NCBI GenBank assembly: GCA_965603825.1
Contig: CBFDEM010000010.1
Location: forward strand, 1 to 64,000
Direction of reading: 5' to 3'
DNA from: Blepharisma stoltei ATCC 30299
Lineage: Eukaryota; Protista; Ciliophora
DNA: 64,000 nucleotides
Shown here: positions 56,801 to 64,000 of the stretch, piece by piece
Numbering within the stretch: the first letter of the stretch is position 1
Layout: each line of letters begins with the position of its first letter
Translations under genes and position numbers: made by a program
The notes under the pieces: generated by a model
The model's database searches: none
The model's input: only the letters and a program-made list of their open reading frames with translations
Told to the model about the DNA's origin: nothing

Positions 56801-58671
56801 CTCCAGTGCATCTATTAGAAGACCCTAATGAAATGCTTAAGATCAAAGACTCAGACTTCACCGTCGAAAAATACCTAACAAAAGAAGAAAGAGAGGCTTT
56901 AGAAGAAAAAAAGCGAAAAGAAGAAGAAAGGCTAAGACTGCTTAATGCTGACGACTCAAAAAAGAAAGCCTTAAACCAAATGATGTATGGGACTATTGAA
57001 AATAAAAAAAATAATTACTCAAAATTGACTGATAACTTGCAAAGAGAAGAATGGATGGACAAATTGACGCTGCAAGAAATGACTGAGGAGCAAAGACAGA
57101 AATTGAAGGAGTTTGAAGAAAAGGATAAAAAACTGCAAGAAGAAAAAGACAAGCTTAGAAAAATCATTGAAGGGGAGCTTAAGAAACTGCAAGGAGAAGT
57201 CAATGAAATCTGCAAAATTTTTGACCAAAAGGTCAGAGAATTGTTCTTGCTGAGGCTTGACACTGATTATGAGATTTATCAAATGGAATTTATGATAGCA
57301 AGACTTGTCAGGTCAATTATGGCTGACATGAAAAGAAAAGTTGAGCTTGAAGAACTGAGAAAAGAAAATGGAAAATTAGATGAAGAGGTCAATAAAAGAA
57401 AAGAAGAGATCAATGAGTTTGGCCATCATATCGAATTTTTGCAAGCAAAAATCAAAAGATGCCAGGATGATTCTAAAGCTGTTGATGCGCATTTTAAGAC
57501 AATTGTTGAAAAAGAACAGAATATAAATACACATGACCAGAAGAAAATTAAAGATTTGTTGAAAAATGGGCCTGAAAGAAAACAACAGCCAAAGGCTCCT
57601 CTTTCGCCTGACGTGGAAGACTTACTTGCCACTTTAAATGCTCTGGATCCATTTACTCCACAAGAAAAAGAAAAAATAATCAGCAACCTTCCTCTTCCAC
57701 AGCCAAAAGAAATTGAAGATAAAGATCTTGTAGGAATCCCTGAGCAAATCCATGAAATCTTAAAAAACAATCGCAAAAAGAAATTAAATTACGAAAAACA
57801 AATCCCACAGCTTCAAAAGCATATCAAAGACGTCGAAGTCCACAAAAAGTGGCTGGAAAAGAAATACCAAAAATCTCTAGAAAAATCATCACGAGTTAGA
57901 GAAGAGTTGCAAAGAAAAGAAGACGAAAATATTAAGCAGAGATTTAATACAGAATTATTGCTCAAAATGAAGCAAGCTGTTGTAGAAGTCCCTCAGCAGC
58001 CTGTTGTTACTGATTATGCAGACGCAATTTTAATATACAGAGATGTAGTTGAAAGCAAAAACCGCAGAATCAGAGAAATCGGAAATGAAAAAGTCAAAGT
58101 TCTGCAAGAAATCGCAGATTTCAAGATTGCTTTAGCCAAGGTTAAATGGAGAGAAGAGCTTTTAGAGCTGGAAACTGAAGATTTCAAGGAAAGTGAAGGT
58201 GACTTAAAGATGCTTAGGATTGACAAAAGGCTCCAAAACATTCTAGCAGGGCGTGGGCTTGATGAAAATCAGCAAATGCAAGAAAGAATCAGAAATCAAA
58301 TAGAGCATCTAAACATAAACACAGAAAAAAGAGTGAAACAAATTTATGAGAAAAAAGAAATAATTGTAAAATCTATCATGGAACTTACCAGAGATAACGA
58401 AGTATTAGAAAATGAAGTCTCAGAAATGGAAAAGCAAGAAGAAAACAGAGAGCAGCTGTTAAAATTAAGAGCCACCATTTCAGACCAAGCAAGAGATGAC
58501 CCAGCAGGAAAATTCAGACAGATTTCTGAAAGACGAAGAATGATGGACAAAATTGAGCAATACAGAGAAGAAATTGAATTCCTAAACGACGAACTTGACA
58601 GACTTCGTGCCAAGACTTTTCCATCATTCGCCCACCTTCAGGCGCATGTTGACTTCCCAGACGAATATTAA
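53863..58671 (+). CDS. CFAP43: Cilia- and flagella-associated protein 43 (WDR96), 1602 aa
   Basis: N-terminal WD40 region with acidic insert, long coiled coil, ELERLDRDEFVLD, KQAVVEV..DYADAILI, C-terminal LRAKTFPSF. Confidence 0.88.
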   Translation: MSLELQSCLSCNCGPVSTVDKEIIAYMAANSVVLWNISSNRKDFIWHESLGITTCAASSRANQIAVGEEGANPCVAIYSWPYKSLLRKIHAGAAVMYTALAFNKTGDQLITVADYPDYTLKVWEGDRELVSLDLGREPLKIMAHYSILILLKHEVKILTIHNSYELPSGIEEDLFERNRYTLKTYSLAEIVPLDATWDKYGNIYLSTNAGELLVIKPNLKETLAIVRYDFNILSMVLTHRYLVIATSENKIQWLNIYIPKEENDPRLGKNLNLKPHKELPLEDPQDIIQLLYTGDMSKLVMIGAQGKIQVLHQPAEPGFEVEDEEEDKEEEDDLGEEDEDEEAVRKPKLINATPQVLGQFHIGCVKSVVGLGDSTQCATIAEDFRIWEVVTGENLMQYSSPGDSEYTSIDANLAGNLVAIGSSLGAIRIFDVFSRMVPRLLIFHRLINSPITWVQFSPSQRLIACSSNKSNQIYFIEASINSLFRVIGFIELTSNIKTLTWYKKSIIALLENQLLVQFDEPRADTPSSLTPIEATFKYRHVADGLSIGVNNNMVHLAGSSKDILIYQLPEQNLNDIDLRKLPPDPNEIYPVQQIQATVLSFSPDQRFLAAGCADGLIQIGDLSTSDNDFRSVHGPSGVQCLSFSVDSSLLFSTGSERDFFVWSITGRVIDRPVASTMVEDPQIDALDNVDDKADAEIQFFSEILTEAKNKAETKEVEKVKSKLKARVQEIQDKLQAMLSVNEKCPELERLDRDEFVLDLAGKQKIEEEGKKAAQVLREQAKKENLAQELLKERIKMKTIDSMEVNSRVISSMQRDQIVYNYTIRKLALSEQSLFRKIKCYRMIELREATLRKEKGLDEIIEYENFAVDWIIGKKPEDWKNHPLLQALEKKRASSRKEGDPEQTNEWELLYPAPLIYTPARKRTQIYLLYMLCRALKEGFNVEFEKLIQFKEKQVDLIEEKNQLIQEKQKELNVATNVFVPPVHLLEDPNEMLKIKDSDFTVEKYLTKEEREALEEKKRKEEERLRLLNADDSKKKALNQMMYGTIENKKNNYSKLTDNLQREEWMDKLTLQEMTEEQRQKLKEFEEKDKKLQEEKDKLRKIIEGELKKLQGEVNEICKIFDQKVRELFLLRLDTDYEIYQMEFMIARLVRSIMADMKRKVELEELRKENGKLDEEVNKRKEEINEFGHHIEFLQAKIKRCQDDSKAVDAHFKTIVEKEQNINTHDQKKIKDLLKNGPERKQQPKAPLSPDVEDLLATLNALDPFTPQEKEKIISNLPLPQPKEIEDKDLVGIPEQIHEILKNNRKKKLNYEKQIPQLQKHIKDVEVHKKWLEKKYQKSLEKSSRVREELQRKEDENIKQRFNTELLLKMKQAVVEVPQQPVVTDYADAILIYRDVVESKNRRIREIGNEKVKVLQEIADFKIALAKVKWREELLELETEDFKESEGDLKMLRIDKRLQNILAGRGLDENQQMQERIRNQIEHLNINTEKRVKQIYEKKEIIVKSIMELTRDNEVLENEVSEMEKQEENREQLLKLRATISDQARDDPAGKFRQISERRRMMDKIEQYREEIEFLNDELDRLRAKTFPSFAHLQAHVDFPDEY

Positions 58672-58690
58672 TAAGCTTATAAAGAATAAA

Positions 58691-60847
58691 TTAATTTCTA
58701 CATTTAGTAAGCCTAGCTCTATGACGAGTAACGCGCATAGTTTCTGCCTTTTCGACGCATTCAGCGCAGAACCAGTCTCCTACAGGGATTTCATCAAGAT
58801 CTGCACAACCTTGATGAGCAACTTTGGGGCATCCGTCACAGCATACCATAAGTCCTGGTTCTCCACAGACGTAGCAGGTTTGGTCTTGGTTGCGGAATTC
58901 TTCTTCTATTTGGTGAAGCTTTCGGAGTCGCTCGAGTCGATAAGATCTTCTTGCCAAATTGTAAGAAGTCTCCTCTGGAGGGATTTCCGGCTTGTGTGTG
59001 TCTAAATATTTGTAGAGGACTGCTGCAAAAATGTGGTAGCATAGATAAAGTTCCTGGGATTTCTCGACGCCGACGAGATATTGAGACCAAAATTGGAGCA
59101 AATCTCCATGGTCTTCTCATATAAAAACTTCGCTTTTTGATTTTTTGACAGGCTCGTCTTCAAATGTTGGCTCTTTAGGGATGGATCCAGTGCAGTTTGA
59201 TAGAGCAATAAAAGCTTCTTTTAGGTCAAAAACAGTATTTGATGCCTCAATTTGATCCATTACTTCAGAATTCCCAATTCCTAAAGTGTTAAGTGTGGCA
59301 GTATATGCTTCTTTCATTTTTTGTTTTAAATTATCAAGGGTATATGCTGTGTTTTCTAATAGCGCGCTTTTGTCAATTTCTCCAAGTTCAGCTTCACTAG
59401 ATGTGGACTCTTCAGGATTTGTCGGAGGAATTAATTCTGATAAATATTTTTCTAAGCCAAATGAGAGCTTGGTTTCTCTGATTCCTTTTAAGCACAGACA
59501 ATTCTTAAGAGATTCAATCTCTTCTTTGGAATTATAGTAGTACCAATACCCAGATTCAGACTCTTTTCCTTTGCCTCCGATTGGCTTATAGCGCTTCACA
59601 AACAAAAATCGCTTTTCTCAAGGAAATACGTAATACTCACTATAATTCCTATCTTTCCCTATGCATTCTGATCTAGTCCTAATACCTTTCATTTCGGCCA
59701 AAATTTCTTCTAATCTTTCGTTGATTTCTCCAGCTTCTTCACTGGTGAGGCTACCTTTTTTGCCTTTTTGAAAACTCTTTAGTTGCATGTGAATATCATC
59801 TTTTTCTTTGCGAAGAATTTCTCGTTTTTCTATTCTTTTAGTGATTTCTTGATAAAACTGAAGAGAGTCGAGGGTCATGCTGATAAGTAAGGAAATCATT
59901 TGGATTTTTTCTTGAAGAGTGTATTTTTCGTAATAAGTAGTTGAAATGGGAAAATATTCGAATTTCTGTATAAGCTGCTCGGAGTCTTCAATAAATTCAT
60001 TCCATAATCCTGATGAAAATATACTTTCCATAAGTATCAAGTAAGATGAATCCATTATTTCTTCTAAATTTGCTATTTTCTGTGCTCTGCATAGCAAATA
60101 GCTCAGTCCTCTATCAAGTTTTTTATCAGAATTTTCCTTCCTGATCATTTTTGCCACAAGTGGTCTGAGCAGCCCAATGTGTAATTCCTTGACAATTTTG
60201 TTTTCATGCTGTGTATTCAATGCATTGTATAATAGATCAATTCCTATTTTCTGTGTCTGAAGTAAGTCCTTAAATGTGAACAAAAAATCGCTAATAAAAA
60301 GTACGTCTCCAAGAACTTCAGGATGTATGTGGTAAACTTTTGGTAATGGCATATCATTTTCCTCGACCTCATGCAATTCAGGATTTTTCCACAGAAGTGT
60401 ATCATTTATTGGGTAAAAGATTTTCCCTCCTTTCACCAAATCAGGATGTTTCTTTTTAAATCTCTTCATAAGCGTATCAGCTTCTGTCCTCATAAGTTTA
60501 TGATAGAGTTTCTTGTCTCTCGTCTCTTTATCAGTTTTTTGGCTTTTCACAAGTCTTATCTCTTCTTCTCTGATGCGTTTTTCGAAATTATCGGTACAGT
60601 CAGCACATACCCAATGCGAGAATGATACCTCTGATTCAGATAACCCTAAGCAGGTAAGATGATACGCTTGTGAGCAGATATTGCAAGGCAGCAAAATACC
60701 TTTCTCCTTACAGCAAATGCAAGAGCGGGAAACGCGAGATTTACGTGCAGTGGGGGCATTAGAAGTCCGTCGAGAATTCAGTTTGCGAGAATCTTGTTTA
60801 TTTTTACCCTTTTCTCGTTGTTTGCTTGGTTTGGTATTTTTGACCAT
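58691..60847 (-). CDS. PHD - DDT - WHIM-like - PHD chromatin protein (ACF1/BAZ-like ISWI partner), 718 aa
   Basis: Three track ORFs join via TGA at 59618 and 59117; two C4HC3 fingers; DDT GDVLFISDFLFTFKDLL; IGKDRNYSEYY; WYYY..L..CL..KGIRE..L. Confidence 0.87.
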
Positions 60848-61324
60848 TCTGAATGCGATGGAATAATAATGGATGAAAAGCTGTAGACTGGAGGAAAATT
60901 GTATATTGGAAAATAAGGTTTATTATAGGAAAAATGGATTTTGGCAAAGTGGAGGGATGAAGGGTCGGTGGGATGGACTTTTGAGGGAAAGGAAAGAAAA
61001 AAAAATAAAGAGGAAAGTAGGTGAACTGGGAAATTTAGTGTAAAGGAAAGTTTAGTGAAAAAGGTAAATATGGATATTCAATTTTGAAATTTATAAAATG
61101 GTGGGTTACATCAAAATATTGATAGACCGAATAAGGAGAATTTTAATGGGGTTTTGCTTTTTAAAAAGCTAATCAATAAGAGTTATTTGTGAAATTGAAT
61201 AGTGGAAAATGAAGACCAAAATTTTGGTTCTGCCAAAATAATTTTGATTAGATTTTATCTAAAAAATGTAATATATTTTTCTGATGTGAAAATTGTTGAT
61301 ATAAATGCTATTTAATGATTAATT

Positions 61325-61789
61325 TTATTTCTTTCTAGCAGTTGTCTCTTCTCTTGCCTCTTCCATTATCTGATCTTGATTCTCAATGGTTTTATTAACT
61401 TGTTTTTTACTTGTCTCAATCATATACCCTCCAGCTATCATTTCATCCAAAATATAGTAAGCCTTATGAAAATTGAAAATGATATCCAACTCACAAACAT
61501 TCTTAAAATACTTATCCAGAACTTCCACAAAGAAGTGCATAATGTCCAGTGCTATAAGCTCGTTATCTTCCCTATCTATGCAAAATACGAAGTATAAGCT
61601 TGCATATCGTTTTGCTACCAATGTGAATTCCTTGAATTCTAAAAAGTTGCAAAGCTTGCTGTTTCTTCCTATAACTAAGGGTTTGACTTCTTTAAGAATT
61701 GACTCTCTCTCTTTTTGAGAATATGTGCTGAACCATTTACCTAGCCTGATCTTGCCATGCCTGCTTATTAGAAGAATAAAATGAATCAT
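61325..61789 (-). CDS. AP1S1: AP-1 adaptor complex sigma subunit, 154 aa
   Basis: MIHFILLISRHGKIRLGKWF, KRYASLYF, DNEL, YFKNVCELDIIFNFHKAYYILDE. Confidence 0.92.
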   Translation of the reverse strand: MIHFILLISRHGKIRLGKWFSTYSQKERESILKEVKPLVIGRNSKLCNFLEFKEFTLVAKRYASLYFVFCIDREDNELIALDIMHFFVEVLDKYFKNVCELDIIFNFHKAYYILDEMIAGGYMIETSKKQVNKTIENQDQIMEEAREETTARKK

Positions 61790-62590
61790 ATTTTTGTATA
61801 AGTAATGTGAAGTCGATTATAAAGCTTAGCGAATAAACAAAGAAATGGGCATTTGCAGACCATTTTAAATGATATTTGCTTATTTTATTATGCTGGTTAT
61901 AAAATTGAAAGGAGAAAGAGTGATTATTATTGTGCAAGAGTATGATGATAAAAATAAAGGAAATTGCTTACTGAACAGAATTGGAAAATGATGATACTAA
62001 GAATAAAATATTTGGCTTCGTCTCTCTTCAGATTATATGAGAAAGACTGATAATTTTGCGAAATCATCAACACTTAGAGGCACCTAAATCCTTAAAAACA
62101 ATTGTTTCAAAGTGCTTTTTTGTAAAATGGCCTTTGATTTTTCATCAGTTCTCCAGTAAAAGTGATGGGACTGCTTTGTAGTTATTTTATTAATGATGCT
62201 ACTAGCTTTACGAATCAAAGCTAAAATGAGTTACAAAATTTATTCAGAAAAAAATTAAAGAAAACCAGTGAAGAAAAAAAACTCAGAATTTTTACGAAGA
62301 ATCAGAAGCTTGAAAACCTTGACTTTATAATAGCCATCAGCACCATCTAATAAAATTTTGGTTCAAAACTCCTTAATTATCGTTGATTCTTCAAAAATTA
62401 TTCAATAATGCACTAAGCTTCACTAGCAGTAATAGCAAGAAATCCTAAGTATCAAAAGAGTTCCAGCTTTATAATGCTAAATTTTAAAATAGCTTAATTG
62501 ATAAATTAAAATAATTGCTAACTAATTAATCCTGAAGACTTCCTACAAATCATTTGGCAAGAAATACATATTTTCTTAAAATTTTCTAAT

Positions 62591-64000
62591 ATGGGAGTTT
62601 GCTGCACTGCAGAACACAAGTTGCGTAGTCCATCATCTGGCACTTTGATTCCAAAATCAGAAATTTCACAACTAACACGACTTGATAGTAATAATCAACT
62701 AGGCATCGCAAAACATTATGAATTTTTAAAAGTCCTTGGGTACGGACAGTTTGGAACAGTGCGAGAAGCTTATAAAATTGAAAGAAGCCCTATGCATAAT
62801 GATAATGACTCAACTAAATTCAAGAGATATGCTGTTAAATCAATAAATAAGGATCGAGTCAAAAAAGGGATCAATATGCTGAAACGCGAGTTAGAAACTT
62901 TACAAATATTAGACCATCCCAATATAGTAAAACTCTATGAAATTTACGAAGACAGTAAGTATATTCACTTGGTTATGGAGCTATGCACAGGAGGAGATTT
63001 ATTTGATCATTTGATATCTAAAGGGTATTTAATTGAATCGGAAGTTGCACAAATCATGAGAAAAATGCTTTCAGCAGTAAACTATTTGCATAGCCTACAC
63101 ATCTGCCACAGAGATATTAAGCCAGAAAACTTTCTATTTACAGCACAAGATGATCTTTCTGAAGTAAAATTAGTTGATTTTGGGATGTCAGTTAAATTTG
63201 GAGATGACGGGATGGATACAATGCTAGGAACACCTTATTATCTTGCTCCTGAAATATTAAAAGGTAGATACGGCAAAGAATGTGATGTATGATCATTTGG
63301 AGTCGTAATGTATTATTTATTGAGTGGGAAACAGCCATTTAAAGGTGCCAATATACAAGAATTATTCCAAAACATAAGGGTTGGAAAATATGCTTTCGAT
63401 GACGACAGATGGAATAATATTTCAATAGCAGCAAGGCAGCTTATCTCAAAAATGCTCACAGTAAACCCTGAAGCCAGGATCTCCATTTCCAATGCCCTTA
63501 AGCATGAATGGTTTACTTCATATTCTCAGGACCAACAGACAGGCATAAAAATTGAGCTTTTTAACTCAATTAAAACATTTAAACGGCAAAGCAAGCTTTG
63601 AAGAGAAGCTATGAAAGTTTTCGTAAGGAATTTAAGTGAAGAACAGCTAGAAGAGCTTCATCATGCATTTGATGAAATTGATAGATCTAAAACAGGAGTC
63701 ATTACCCCTTCAGATATAGAATGTGCAATGAGGAGAAATGGCTATGTCATTGCTATGGATGAGTTCCAAAAATTAACAAGCACAATCCAAGACATCGGAC
63801 AAGGCCGGCTAAACTATACACAATTTTTAATTGCTGCAATGGATAGAAAACGACTGATGAACGAAGAAGGCATGTGAGATGTCTTTAGGCATTTTGACCT
63901 TGATGGAAATGGGGAAATCACTGTTAAAGAGCTGAAATATGCTTTGGAAAAAGCAGGCTGCTGCGTAAGTGATAATGATTTTCAAGAAATTATTGAGGAG
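62591..64000 (+). CDS. Calcium-dependent protein kinase (CDPK), 3' end beyond the window
   Basis: MGVCC acylation motif, LGYGQFG, HRDIKPEN, DFG, DVW(TGA 63290)SFG, EF-hands DRSKTGVIT and DLDGNGEIT. Confidence 0.93.

Noticed and set aside
18423-61789. Apparent clustering of trafficking genes (AP4M1, SNARE, TBC, GOLD, AP1S) and chromatin readers (HP1, BET, PHD-DDT)
   Set aside because: Interspersed with unrelated genes on both strands; these families are large in ciliates, so chance is sufficient.
61940-62180. Box C/D snoRNA (ATGATGA...CTGA) or small gene between AP-1 sigma and CDPK
   Set aside because: No convincing terminal stem or long rRNA-complementary guide; a ~66-codon open stretch lacks a start and recognisable motifs.
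4943-63877. Genes with internal TGA as pseudogenes or selenoproteins
   Set aside because: TGA falls at conserved Trp columns, not catalytic Cys, and frames are otherwise intact; no SECIS recognised.
1-64000. tRNA, rRNA, transposase or reverse transcriptase genes
   Set aside because: None recognised by eye; a covariance-model and HMM scan would be needed to exclude small RNAs.

Overview
Left end of a ciliate macronuclear chromosome, almost certainly the heterotrich Blepharisma. Three features point there: a ~1.18-kb (CCCTAACA)n telomere, UGA read as Trp (TAA/TAG are the stops), and tiny 15-16-nt GT-AG introns with A at position 10. The supplied ORF track uses UGA as stop and ignores introns, so it fragments many genes; I rebuilt the models by hand. 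After ~3.7 kb of gene-poor, apparently decayed subtelomeric DNA come ~33 tightly packed genes. Recognisable ones: MAK-like kinase, GCDH, UBE2K, EML WD40, AP-4 mu, SNAP-25-like SNARE, PI-PLC-X, ankyrin protein, HP1-like, MORN, FAAH-like amidase, NOP2, DHHC, peroxisomal Nudix, TBC Rab-GAP, bromo-ET, CFAP43, PHD-DDT, AP-1 sigma, and a CDPK cut by the window edge. Most interesting: (1) two tandem paralogous ~1150-aa surface proteins, almost invisible in the ORF track, joining kelch propellers and Cys-rich repeats to a 3-TM module with ENaC/ERGIC-like topology; (2) strongly bimodal UGA vs UGG use between genes; (3) UGA codons near 3' ends that may be real stops, one forcing a CDS overlap; (4) divergent genes only 18 bp apart and a candidate TCCC promoter motif; (5) several apparent pseudoenzyme architectures. 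All domain calls come from motifs read by eye; no database search was run.
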